Assembly (NCBI GenBank): GCA_002633005.1
Contig: NMRA01000033.1
Span: 1,505,130-1,569,129, forward strand
Origin: Phoronis australis
Lineage: Eukaryota; Animalia; Phoronida
Direction of reading: 5' to 3'
Length of the DNA: 64,000 bases
Numbering within the stretch: position 1 is the stretch's first letter; each line of letters starts with the position of its first letter. Shown here one piece after another: positions 51,854-64,000 of the stretch. Below the pieces are notes generated by a model. That model saw nothing but the letters and a program-made list of their open reading frames with translations. It was not told the origin of the DNA and searched no databases. The translations under genes were made by a program, and so were the position numbers.

Positions 51854-52497
51854 GTGGGCGCAATCGGTTTCGATCCGTTTTTTTTTTTAGTCGCTCACAT
51901 GCCCAGAAATTCGAGCCCCCCATCNGGATCCGCCACTGTAGTTTGTAGTAGCCTGAAAATGGCTGGAGTCGGCCACCCATATCACAAACACAGTGATGAC
52001 GAGTTGAGTCCGAGTCATGAGGCAGAATATACTCACAGACAGCTGTTGAGAGCAAATGAGGAGTGAAACGGAGACTCGGGACAGACGTGGAGGGACGTGT
52101 AGTATTGTGAGTAACCACACGAATTCAATCATATATAATGTATTAGATATCAGAACCGTATCAATTAAAGCACATACAACGACATTCAAGTCCAATGGTT
52201 AACTAACATCTAGCAGTGAGAGTTATTATAAGGACAATCTAAGGTCATGGGTTCATATACCACATGGCTCTGTCTCGTGATAAACAAACACTAAAGCACA
52301 TGGTGTAATGGTGTAATCTGATACATAACATCTCTCCCCTTCTCAGCGATTCAAAAATTAGGACTAAACAATGTCAAACTCAAGAGTAACGAGAAACACA
52401 TGTCAATAGGTCAACCTTCTAAATTCTTTTAGAATTCCAGCTCTAAGGTCAAGCTGTTACAATTTATAACAAACAATCATAAAGTTACTGATCAAAG

Positions 52498-52800
52498 CAG
52501 GGGCGGATCCAGGATTTTGAGTTGGGGGGCAGGGCACAGGATTAACCAGAATTTCGGCAGATGCGTGCGCCCAGCTTAAAATGTGGGGATGCAAGGGTCT
52601 CGAATTTTTGGGTTCGTGGACCTGTAGACTAAAAAAAAAAACGGTAACGGGGTTTTTCACTAGGGGCCTATGTATCATTTATTCACCCAGTGGCGGATCT
52701 ACGTTTTCAGTAAGGGGGGGTTTAGGATTCCCGCAAAGGTCGAATCCGAGGCGCGTGGCGGGGGGGAGGTCGGGAGGGGGTAAACCCCCCAACCGTTTAA
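52498..52800. mobile_element. CAG(G/T)GGCGGATC-terminus short transposon family (related pieces at ~37275-37460, 40515-40700, 47260-47475, 55085-55215, 57276-57460)
   Basis: Termini caggggcggatcc / ggatccgcc(c/a)ctg and shared internal gcgcgca.ccagc...ctcgaattt...gtggacc. Confidence 0.6.
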
Positions 52801-55800
52801 GATAACTTTTTATTTTTCTAGCCAAACAGTGAAATTTCCATGCATCCTGGTACGTTTCTGGCACTTAACAGGAGTTTTTCTTAAGATAATTAAAAGCCCT
52901 TCTCGATTTCGTCACATGAACTTTGCTCATAAGTTTCGTGAAACCATATTTGTGCACATCTGAGTATGAGTCACACCACCAGCAAAATTTTTTGTCGGAA
53001 CATCTGCTTACACGCACCTTTTTAGCATACGAAAAAGTGTGATTTGTGCACAGGGGTTTAGACAACTACCAAATTACCAAATATTCAAGAGCATAAGGAG
53101 CACCGACGGGGCGTAAAAACTTGAATATCAGATGATCGCAACAGCCTCAAGCTGTTTAAGAACGAAGACCTGTACTGTTAGTCCGGAAATAAACATGTGT
53201 TCTGTCTCGTTACGAGAAAAACTGGCGANNNNNNNNNNNNNNNNNNNNNNNNNNNNNNNNNNNNNNNNNNNNNNNNNNNNNNNNNNNNNNNNNNNNNNNN
53301 NNNNNNNNNNNNNNNNNNNNNNNNNNNNNNNNNNNNNNNNNNNNNNNNNNNNNNNNNNNNNNNNNNNNNNNNNNNNNNNNNNNNNNNNNNNNNNNNNNNN
53401 NNNNNNNNNNNNNNNNNNNNNNNNNNNNNNNNNNNNNNNNNNNNNNNNNNNNNNNNNNNNNNNNNNNNNNNNNNNNNNNNNNNNNNNNNNNNNNNNNNNN
53501 NNNNNNNNNNNNNNNNNNNNNNNNNNNNNNNNNNNNNNNNNNNNNNNNNNNNNNNNNNNNNNNNNNNNNNNNNNNNNNNNNNNNNNNNNNNNNNNNNNNC
53601 AATTTTCGAAATAAACGTCCCAATGTCTGAACGCTTGAAACCTGAAGTACTAACATCAAATAAATGCCGATGGGCATGGGCGTTTCTTCGGGTGGGCCTT
53701 CCTGCGGAAATTCCCAGTATAGAAAACGGCAGTGGTGCTTATTGCAGGTAGAAAGACGGTAGGTGTTGAGGTCGGCACTAGGGCTCCTTAGGAGGCCCGT
53801 CGAACATGGCACGACTCCCGCAAGACTTTGTTGTGAAAATACAGCCTCATAGCAATTTCTGGTACTGTACACTGTTCGCGAATGCTGTCACTTTGTCAAT
53901 GTGAGTGTTCCCTTGGTCATTCCTTGCATAGACATAACTTGTTAGAGAGCATCTTCAAACAGAATCGCGACCAGACCACGGCGCAGGCCACAATAGCAAT
54001 TCTTCGGAAAACGAGTTTTTTTCAAGTATTACATGTACATGTACACTGTATGATATCGCGCAAGACAACTTTACTATGCAGTCAAATTCGAGTTACAAAC
54101 GTGTGGGGTGTGACATGGCATGACAGATGGTTGCACGTCAATTCGCCTGAATATCAGGATTGCGGCACCACAGTATTTCCCCTAGTCAAATCAAAACATA
54201 TCTTAGCGTAAAGAAACTAGTTACCTAAAGAAATCAGCTATAGAGCTGCTCTTTCAGCGGTGGATCCATCTAAAATGCTTGACTACTTCAGAAGTGTCGT
54301 CGGAAGCGCGCGCACAATCGATCTCCGGGGTTTTGCCGACGAGCCACGAAGACTCGAAACGCGTTGATTTTCATAACAGCAATTCACAATGCAAAAAATA
54401 TTTTTAGAGTGAACCCCCCTCGTTTTTTTCCAAGTTGGTTTACTTGGGGTTTACACACGCTGGCGGTGCCGTTTTTGTTTTGCTGGAGACGTCTTTGTTT
54501 TTTTTCTAATTTTTGGGTCCTGGCCCGAGGGGGGGGTTNCGTGCACGCTCTGGGGTAGGCCTACGTGACAGTAGATGAATGAAGGGCATCCAGTCACTCA
54601 TTGAAAGGCCACAGTTCGCGAGTCTACTCGCTTCAAATATGCACTTCCCCGGGGTGGCGACGCACAGGGCACCGCCGGGCATCAACAGCGACATATGGCA
54701 CCCTTCTTCAGGCGTTGTTTTGCAGGAACCTTCATCAATTTCATGTACATATCTCTGTCGTGATCCATCGGCAGAAAATGCTAGTCACACACTCTATAAT
54801 TCTCCACTGCTTTGTACACTGCGTGGACAGTAACGCTGCGCGCACATCTTCTTTACACGAACGAGCCAAATACGGCGGAGCGTGTCATTTTTCGGAAAGC
54901 GGTGTAATGGCAGTGGCGGANCAAGCGGGCCATGCCCCCCAAAAAATTCTCCCAAATACCATTTGGCAGTTCGGGGTGCGAATTGCTGACTAGCATATGC
55001 GCAGCACCCGGGGGGGGGGGCTCGGGGGGGCGAATGTACAATGCATAGGCCTTGAACAAACACCGTTTACCTGTTATTTAGTAATAAGGTCCACAAACCC
55101 AAAACTTCGAAACCCCTGCATCCCTACATTTTAGGCTGGACGCGCGCATGTGACCCTATATTCTGGTTGTTCCTGTGCCCTGCCCCCCCAACTCAAAATC
55201 CTGGATCCGCCCCTGTAATGGTATAGCCAAAGTTGCTCGTGAGACGATAATGAGTTCGTCCCGGAACCCAGCAACCGTACGCCATGTTGACTGACTCGTA
55301 AACAAACACAAATGACGATAGAGCAACCGAGGCAAGACAACGGCCGAGAAGACAGCTCACACACTTGGACCATGAGAACAAAATGGCGGGAAATTCTTTG
55401 ACCCCTAAACGTCACCCATTCCGGAGTAAGGCACGACTAATTAATAAAATTATGGGAAGCCGTTTTTAACTGAAAAATATGTCTGGGATAATCAGCAAGC
55501 ATTCTCCTTTAAAAACAGTCATAATGATCGTTTACCTTTGTTAATGTTCATTTTTGACTTTTGCCGGAAAATTCGTATCTGCAGGCGTCTTGGTTTACGG
55601 ACCGTAATTTCCTCATCCAACACTATAAGCCGATCGACTTGCTCCGGCACTTCGATTCTACAGTGCCATCAAGCCTTTAATTGGTGTGCCAAACAATTCT
55701 TTGGGTACTCTGGGGTGAACAGTGCATGCTTTCTCATCCACTTCCATTGGGGCGTTCTCCCGTTCAGTGGCTTTACCAGACCGTGAGCGTTTGATAACAT

Positions 55801-55959
55801 CTAGCTCCACCCACGTGTGAACACAGTCAAACCCAGTGCTTTTTGGTAGGCCCACGTTCAGACAGAACTAGATTATCTTAACTTCAGTTGTAGGCCTATA
55901 TAATTGAGCGATTTTGGTGATTCAAAAACTAAACATGATCAGCATTTGACGAGGAATTC

Positions 55960-56275
55960 AAAAATGTTGTCGGTTTATTAAATCAGTTTTTGACCACAGC
56001 AAGATTAAAAACCGGGCGATCGTCTCGCAAATAAAAAATCATGTTCAATCAACGTTTCGTCCATTCATTAGACATCATCAGGATCATATTTACAAAGGAC
56101 AGCAAGTGCCAACATACAGCTCAGCTAACATCCACAAAGAGAAGTGAGAGATACGGGGAATATAGTCAGTAGCTGGTCATCACCATAGTTGCAGGGTCAC
56201 TGAGCTCTGCATGTTATTCAGAGAATCAGTAGCATGCTGGTTCTGAATGGCCAATGACTCTTTATACGCACCCTA
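55960..56275 (-). mobile_element. 3' end of a Penelope-like element (GIY-YIG C-terminus plus hammerhead-bearing tail)
   Basis: Minus-strand 56269-56180 reads AYKESLAIQNQHATDSLNNMQSSVTLQLW*, resembling the KESLxI..LN..SxxLxL end of PLE endonucleases. A hammerhead core follows about 95 nt later. The block is absent from the duplicate at 58638. Confidence 0.65.
56046..56086 (-). ncRNA. Minimal type I hammerhead ribozyme
   Basis: 5'-UGAUC CUGAUGA U GUCU-AAUGAAU-GGAC GAA ACGU U GAUUG-3': intact core, 4-bp stem II, palindromic ACGU stem III and 5-bp stem I with two G-U pairs. Confidence 0.7.
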
Positions 56276-59200
56276 GCCAGCTACATGTAGTTTCATATGA
56301 ACAGCTTTCTCACTTGCAATCTCATTCAACTAATACGTTGGAATCCGGAACAAAACTGAAGCACATACATGTACATGATTTCCATTTGAACTAGTGTTCC
56401 GGATTTTCTTTGATGATCTCCACTTGCTGTGACAGCAATTTGCGTCTACCTTTTTTCAATCATGCTTCTATGTCGTTTCAGCACATACTTATTACGAGAC
56501 GGCACTTACATTTTGATCCATTTTCTTCTGTTCAGTGGGCAGCAACTTTCACATTTGTCTAGATCAGTAGTTCCGTTTCTCTAACTGAATTGTTTTCAGT
56601 ACAACTCTACAAATCCTTGCTCATGATTGCCAANGCTCACCGTGAGGCAACCGTGCTTTGCGCGATTCCCCGAGACAAAATGTCGCCGCCCCCCATGATA
56701 TCCTGGATCCGCCACTGTAGTTTGTAGTAGCCTGAAAATGGCTGGAGTCGGCCACCCATATCACAGACACAGTGGTGACGAGTTGAGTCCGAGTCATTGA
56801 GGCAGAATATACTCACAGACAGCTGTTGAGAGCAAAATGAGGAGTGAAACGGAGACTCGGGACAGACGTGGTGGGACGTGTAGTATTGTGAGTAACCACA
56901 CGAATTCAATCGTATATAATGTATTAGATATCAGAACCGAATCAATTAAAGCACATACAACGACATTCAAATCCAATGGTTAACTAACATCTAGCAGTGA
57001 GAGTTATTATAAGGACAATCTAAGGTCATGGGTTCATATACCACATGGCTCTGCCTTGTGATAAACAAACACTAAAGCACATGGTGTAATGGTGTAATCT
57101 GATACATAACATCTCTCCCCTTCTCAGCGATTCAAAAATTAGGACTAAACAATGTCAAACTCAAGAGTAAAGAGAAACACATGTCAATAGGTCAACCTAA
57201 ATTCTTTTGGAATTCCAGCTCTAAGGTCAAGCTGTTACAATTCATAACAAACAATCATAAAGTTACTGATCAAAGCAGGGGCGGATCCAGGATTTTGAGT
57301 TGTGGGGGCAGGGCACAGGATTAACCAGAATTTCGACAGATGCGTGCGCCCAGCTTAAAATGGGGGGATGCAAGGGTCTCGAATTTTTGGGTTTGTGTAC
57401 CTGTTGACTAAAAAAAAAAACAGTAACGGGGTACGTGTTCACTAGGGGCCTATGTATCATTTATTCACCCCAAGCTCCCTGGTTGCGTGCACGCTCTGGG
57501 GTAGGCCTACGTGACAGTAGATAATTGAAGGGCATCCAGTCGCGTACCTCATTGAAAAAAGGCCACAGTTCGCGAGGCTACTCCGCTTCAAATATGCACT
57601 TCTCCCGGGTGGCGACAACTACGTACAGGGCCGGCACTAGCAGTGCCGGGAATCAACAGCGACATATGGCACCCTTCTTCAGGCGCTGTTTTGCAGGAAC
57701 CTTCATCAATTTCATGTACATATCTCTTTCGTGATCCGTCGGCAGAAAATGCTAGTCACACAGTCGATAATTCTCCACTGCTTTGTACAGTGCGTGGACA
57801 GTAACGCTGCGCGCACATTCTTCACACGAACGAGCCAAATACGGGGGAGCGTGTCATTTTTCGGAAACCGGTGTAATGGCAGGGGTGGATTTGGGGGGGG
57901 GGNNNNNNNNNNNNNNNNNNNNNNNNNNNNNNNNNNNNNNNNNNNNNNNNNNNNNNNNNNNNNNNNNNNNNNNNNNNNNNNNNNNNNNNNNNNNNNNNNN
58001 NNNNNNNNNNNNNNNNNNNNNNNNNNNNNNNNNNNNNNNNNNNNNNNNNNNNNNNNNNNNNNNNNNNNNNNNNNNNNNNNNNNNNNNNNNNNNNNNNNNN
58101 NNNNNNNNNNNNNNNNNNNNNNNNNNNNNNNNNNNNNNNNNNNNNNNNNNNNNNNNNNNNNNNNNNNNNNNNNNNNNNNNNNNNNNNNNNNNNNNNNNNN
58201 NNNNNNNNNNNNNNNNNNNNNNNNNNNNNNNNNNNNNNNNNNNNNNNNNNNNNNNNNNNNNNNNNNNNNNNNNNNNNNNNNNNNNNNNNNNNNNNNNNNN
58301 NNNNNNNNNNNNNNNNNNNNNNNNNNNNNNNNNNNNNNNNNNNNNNNNNNNNNNNNNNNNNNNNNNNNNNNNNNNNNNNNNNNNNNNNNNNNNNNNNNNN
58401 NNNNNNNNNNNNNNNNNNNNNNNNNNNNNNNNNNNNNNNNNNNNNNNNNNNNNNNNNNNNNNNNNNNNNNNNNNNNNNNNNNNNNNNNNNNNNCAAAATG
58501 GCGGGGAAATTCTTTAACCCCCTGAACGTCACTCATTCCGGAGTAAGGCACGACTAATTAATAAAATTATGGGAAGCCGTTATTAACTGAAAAATATGTC
58601 TGGGATTATCAGCAAGCATTCTCCTTTAAAAACAGTCATGAAGTTTCAGATGAATAGCTTTCTCATTTGCAATCTCATTCAATATGTTGGAATCCGGAAC
58701 AAAACTGAAGCACATACATGATTTCCATTTGAACTAGTGTTCCGGATTTTCTTTGATGATCTCCACTTGCTGAGACAGTAATTTGCGTCTACCTTTTTTC
58801 AATCATGCTTCTATATCGTTTCAGCACATAGTTATTACGAGACGGTACTTACATTTTGATCAATTTTCTTCTGTTCAGTGGGCAACAACTTTCACATTCT
58901 TCTAGATCAGTAGTTCCGTTTCTCTAACTGAATTGTTTTCAGTACAACTCTACAAATCCTTGCTCATGATTGCCAAGTCGTTTTCTTCTCTTCACTGGCA
59001 AACGCTTGCAGGCTTCTATTCCTGTTGCTTATTCGTTTCAGTACACATAATCTAAACCAAACTATTTTCATCCAACAAGCAGTTACCCTAACTTCCTCGT
59101 CAGCAACTCGAGTCAATTTCAGAAACCTGATGTCACCCATTACAGCATGTATTATATTCACTAGGCAACAAATTATAAGTATATTATGTTTCAACAATAG

Positions 59201-59463
59201 ATAAATTTTAATTTAAACCAACTGTCACGCGATTAATTGGCTGTTAGTCCAAGAACGTGTTGACTGGTAGCGATGAAGTCTTGCATTGTCGTCCATGATA
59301 TGAAGCTCAGTTCTGTTTTAACGACAGATGAAAAACAAGCAAAATCTTAATTAGAAACCAAATGTGTCGGAGATTAAAAAAAATCACGCATTCCGAATTT
59401 CAAAAAACCATCTCTTGGTAAGAAATTTCTTCTCTGAGCAAAGAAATATATAAGTTTACTGGT

Positions 59464-62254
59464 TTACGTGGCGTTGTACATTGCGAAAAGAGCCGTTTGC
59501 AAGATGGCGCCCCAAGTTGCCATTGGCGACGAGGCTAGGTTGCAGTTGTCACCTGTACAATAACAAAGTGTTCCGCTGCCGATGCCGCCAATTGCAGCTT
59601 CCTCGCAACCGTCCCACAGTACAGAGGGAACACAGCCGCGATCCACAACTTTAGTTTCTGCAAAGTAAAAAGCACGCTTTTGAGCTGTTCAATTCTCACT
59701 TCACAGTAAGAGAAATATCACGGGTAATAGTTGGTTTTTGACAAACCACAAAGCTTAGTATTCCAGCAATGGTCGGTGTTAGCGCGGTAACTGACTCCAC
59801 GGCGAAGAATGGGGCACTCAAAAATAGATTATTGCTGGTGTGCAGTAAGCCGGTTTCAATAAGCATTGTTTCAAGTTCCAAGTTTTAGTACAAAATGTAA
59901 AAATCGACTGCCACTCAAGTAGTGCCTTAAAATATCCAGATAACTTGAAAAAGAAAGAAACGTTATGATTGACATTTTCTTATAATGGACGGATACAAGA
60001 GGTTGAAACAAATTGAGAATATAAATAGGTAAATAAAACAACAAGAATGATGTAAAAATTATGCCTTTAACATCTACGTCGTCATTTTTTTGTGAAAACC
60101 TACAATGTTGAAATTTTCAAATTTTCTTGTTTTGCATTATGGTCTTTGCCCAAATATGAAAACACGGTGGTGGTCGCCGAATTGTTTTTCCGATACAGTC
60201 ATCTAAACAGATACCTCTGGCAAAAATGTTACTTTTTAATGGATTACTCAAAAACACCTCTAATTGAGCTATTGATTGAAATGATTTTGAAAACGACGAT
60301 ATAATATTTAGCAATTGAAAACTGAGACAGAAGTGGGATAGTGTACCAGATGTTACATTTGGGACCTGATTGCATGTTGAGTGCTATTTATACTGCTGCA
60401 ATTGTTTGCCGTAATTGTAAAATTTGATGTCGCGCGCCGTTATTCTACCATACTATAACAAAAACTAAATGCAATCAAAAACAATCCGTTGTTTGGCACA
60501 GAAGTAATGTTCAAATGTTTTAGAAAAAATGTCAATATCGTAAAACAACGACTTCTTTACGGTGTTTGACAAACCGTACGGAAACCCGGTAACAAGTATT
60601 AATAGCTGGTATTTCGTATTTCATTCGTGCAGTGTGTCCTTGAAGAAGCAGACGACAGGATTACTTTCAGCAGTTTTCATGACAACTATAATACTTCTGG
60701 TATTGTCATACCAGCCTCCCGTTCAGTAACGCTAGGACCTCGTTAAAAAGCAAGACTTCGCGAGATTACGTGAGATATGGCCGTGTATTTTAAATGAGAG
60801 CACGTGACTTTGACTAGGTTTTAGCTAGGTCCTAGCGTCTACTGAACGCACGCCAGTACTTCGTTTTAGTTGTTACTTTATGCAACTCTACTGTATTAAG
60901 TGTACCCAGCTTGTATGCCGTTTTCTATATGTGACCCTGTTTTTCATTGTCAAGTACGTAAACCATATCAGTCAGACATTAACATGAGCGGCGCACCATA
61001 CGGTGCTGGGGGTATAGCCCCTTCCCTAGTACTTTTTTCAGTGCTGCGCCGCCCATGGTAACATGGGCTCCGCATCATAGGGTTCTGGGGTCTGTAGCAA
61101 GCCACTTATTTCAGTACTGAGGCGCTCATGATTAACCAATGACAGTTTGCCTACTCAGTTAAAAGGAGACTAAATCCGGTTTTGGCTTACTAAAAACGAT
61201 TTTCCCAGCCAGTTCTCTGAAACGTTATAATGCTCTGAAACCTCGACAACCCTCATAAATTCGGAGGAAATTTTGAAAACTCCTTTCAAAGTCTGCTTAA
61301 CCGGCAAGAACTACGCTCTTAGCGAATTACAAGGTAAGTGTGAAAAAAGCACACACCAAGGACCATAAGGTCTCATTTATGAAATAGAGGATATTGTTTT
61401 TAAATGATTCCTGCTTATATCTTTCAATATTTAGACCTTAGTAACCACAATGATCAATAGTTTTGGGTGATTTTGATATGTGATATTTGTCTCTAAAATT
61501 ACTTTGCCATTAAAACTTCAGTTCTGGCCGGCTGACTACGATAACGTTAAAAAGAATTTATTGAAAATCGTAGGCCTATTGAGTGGCCATAAACTGTCAG
61601 TCAGTTCAAAGACCAGATGTCCCTATTTCACCGATTTCCCCACAAATTGAAAGGTACACAAAAAATACGCGGACATGTACAACATAAGAACGAAAATGTG
61701 CAGACGAACGGCTAGATTCGTCCTAGCCACAGAGCACATTATATTATCAGAACGTAAATGCAACAGTACATGTAACTTATTCGGACCTAACTTGTTCATT
61801 GTGTCAAACTTAAGAAATTGATATTTTCTTTTTAATAGCCGAAATTAATAAAAAGTGATAGAAATATGCTTACCTTTTATAGTAGATAACTTTACAAAAA
61901 CGCCTTCTAAAATGGTTCCGTTCCCCTAAGTTAAACATTTATCTGAACTTCCCAAGGGCGAAAACTAAAGAACATCTGTTATAGATACTAGTCCTCACAC
62001 ACTGAAAGTTTGGGGTGAGTGTTTTTAAGTTATTCCTCGTAGACCAGATTGGATACTGCTCAGTGCAGACAGCCGACACTATGCGGCCGGCTCCAAATCT
62101 CTTGAACAAAGAGTTTGATACAATTGCGTTGCATACTTACCGCCCTTTCCATAGACGAACTTTATACACCCTGGTGTCTCCATCAGGTAGACGCACTTGA
62201 CCACGTTTCCCACGCTGCTACTACAGTTAAAACAAGAGTAGCATTTGAGTGCGT
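59464..62254 (-). CDS. Ly6/uPAR three-finger GPI-anchored protein, paralog B, 5'-partial; exons 62254-62141 and 59657-59464 (signal-peptide exon not found in the window)
   Basis: ALKCYSCFNCSSSVGNVVKCVYLMETPGCIKFVYGKG|ETKVVDRGCVPSVLWDGCEEAAIGGIGSGTLCYCTGDNCN plus a hydrophobic tail. Same exon sizes (114, 194) and phases as paralog A, with homologous introns. Confidence 0.87.
60721..60847. mobile_element. Short MITE
   Basis: Inverted termini gttcagtaacgctaggacct / aggtcctagcgtctactgaac; absent at the paralogous position in the Ly6-A intron; relative at 6227-6360. Confidence 0.7.
60983..61130. mobile_element. Two tandem copies of the CATGGGCGGCGCA-terminus MITE
   Basis: catgagcggcgcaccata...tttttcagtgctgcgccgcccatg followed by a degenerate second copy; same family as 30048-30196. 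Confidence 0.65.
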
Positions 62255-63319
62255 CTGAAAATGGAGAGACGATCTATTGCGCCTACGGTATTGGCTACAC
62301 TTAGTAAATATGAAACTGCGCTTAGTAGTGTACATTCCAAGAAGTATTTACAAAACTAGATAATTTAATTAGGTAAAACTGTATTTCACGTGAACTTATA
62401 AAGCCCACAGGATTTGATATCTTATGTTTTAATATTGCCCCCCCCACCTCAATTGGCTCACGTGGCCAAGTCTGTGTTGCAAGAAATAAAGGTCCATAGG
62501 GATATCAATTGCATGACCAAATTTCATTCGATGTAAACTATCAAGACAAAATCTCAAAAACACTGCTAAAGTTTTATAAGTTACCCCTTTGTCTACATTT
62601 TATGCATTTTTTTTTCACAAAATTCCTGATCTAAAATAACAAATTTTTCATAGCCTTCGTGCCAAAGTGGAACAATTAAAACTTGTTTCCTAACAGCGTT
62701 TTAGAGAATCACGCATGAAGTACAGAATCTGAAAGTTGCATCACACTCAGGTGAGCCATCTCTGAATTATGATGCTCCGAAATATTTTCTAGGGTCTCAC
62801 GTAATTCAATGTAAAATGAAAGATGTACTAATTAAGAGAGTCAACGTGGACAAGTCGGTGGAGGAAAATTGTGACACTTGACAGCTATTGTCATGTTTCT
62901 GGTGGAGAGAGTATACGCCGGACGTTGACTTTCTGACGAATCCGACTACTAAGCGTCAACTGTTTTACACTTTGTCAGCTCGTGCAAACGTCTACATGTA
63001 TCTATGCGCGTACCAGCACAGTCTTGTTATTCTCGGGTTTTTATCTTTTTCTTCTTGTTTTCCATTCCGAAATTTTCTAGAGCTTAATAACTTTGAAACA
63101 ACTCAACTTTCAATTTTGAAGTTTTTCAAGTACATTTCAGCCATTCATACATTGTATAAAATAGCATATTTTGACTCATAATACACTGGAAGTGGTGGTG
63201 CAATGGTCATTTAATTTTCAAAATGTTATTTCACCTATATTTTAGAAGATATTCGTTTCAATTTCAGTGTACAGTAAGTAAGTCAACGTACCAATCAAAT
63301 GCACTACTTTGCTATAAAA

Positions 63320-63920
63320 TCTGGGCATCCAATCAGATTAACTTGGTCAAAGGTCATTGCGTGCAAATTAATTTAGCTAAACACTTTAAATTCACAGATC
63401 TATCTGATTGGTACATGTTATTCAGTCCAATTCCAAAGTTTCAGGTCATTTGAAGCAACCATGGGGGTCATTAGGCGCATTTTTCTTCAGATATTTTGAC
63501 CTTTTCATTCAAAGCTCTTCTGATGTGTTAACAGTTAGACAACAGTGATTCTCGGCATTAAACACATCTTTCGCAGTTTTTGCAATATTTCTACTAAAAG
63601 GGCTTATAATGCACCGGAAGGGTCAATTGGTGCAAAGATCATCTAATGTTCAAAAGCTATTTCTCCACATTTTCAAGGAATTCTCTTCAATTTCATCACA
63701 CAGATGTAAGCGTACAGCTTAATCGATCTCACTTTACTAATTAAGTAATTGGGCCATCCAATCACATTAAATGGGCCAAAGGTCATTGCGTGCAAACTTA
63801 AATTTTGAGCTAAACGCTTCCGAATTACATATGTGATTGAAAACATGCAATTGAGTCAGTTCCAATTCCAAAGCTTCAGGTCATTTGGTGCAACCATGGG
63901 GTCATTACGTGCAATTTACT
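63320..63920. repeat. Diverged direct repeats of ~165 bp spaced ~430 bp apart
   Basis: aaaggtcattgcgtgcaaa...ccaattccaaag.ttcaggtcattt..gcaaccatgggg occurs at ~63348-63470 and ~63778-63905. Confidence 0.65.
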
Positions 63921-64000
63921 TCTCCATGCTATGAACAGTCCCACTAAATAAGATTGGTCCTAACCCCGGTCGTCAAGGTAAACGGTGGGGTATGGAAAAT

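Larger units (their letters stand above)
51926..56633. repeat. Segment duplicated at 56703-58975 (probable allelic copies)
   Basis: 51926-52687 matches 56705-57468; 54540-54920 matches 57487-57890; 55379-55522 matches 58494-58638; 56290-56633 matches 58640-58975. The junction is a single n at 56634. Confidence 0.85.

Noticed and set aside
51854-52118. N-terminal part of the 303-aa ORF 51207-52118
   Set aside because: Crosses an n and a MITE end; only 51207-51853 is LINE-like, so the ORF is a chance fusion.
49578-58551. Long ORFs spanning N-runs (49578-50239, 53132-53872, 57712-58551)
   Set aside because: Artefacts of translating assembly gaps.

Overview
AT-rich, intron-rich animal genomic DNA from a draft assembly with five N-gaps; probably an invertebrate bilaterian, possibly a lophotrochozoan (inference). 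Four host genes were rebuilt by hand from GT-AG junctions with consistent reading frame. (1) The 3' part of an E93/Mblk-1/LCoR-type double-pipsqueak transcription factor (+, 8177-10604). (2) A complete 16-coding-exon condensin I kleisin NCAPH/barren (-, 33366-15529, 718 aa), tail-to-tail with the E93-like gene. (3, 4) Two tandem Ly6/uPAR (three-finger, quiver/sleepless-like) GPI-anchored paralogs (-, 50191-44691 and >62254-59464), whose compared exon differs mostly by amino-acid-changing substitutions. A 1.4 kb Polinton/Maverick/adintovirus-like fragment (packaging ATPase plus an intronless PC4-fold ssDNA-binding gene) lies between two copies of the NCAPH promoter segment. Introns and intergenic DNA carry many transposon remnants: Kolobok-type (THAP), Academ-type, MITEs, Helentron-like, Ty3/Gypsy, L2/CR1 and L1/Tx1 LINEs, and a Penelope-like 3' end with a minimal hammerhead ribozyme. 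Two near-identical duplications next to gaps are probably uncollapsed haplotypes. No CRISPR, rRNA or intact tRNA was seen. No wholly new system can be proven from the sequence. The best leads are the Polinton-PC4 module, the fast-diverging Ly6 pair and the E93-condensin linkage.
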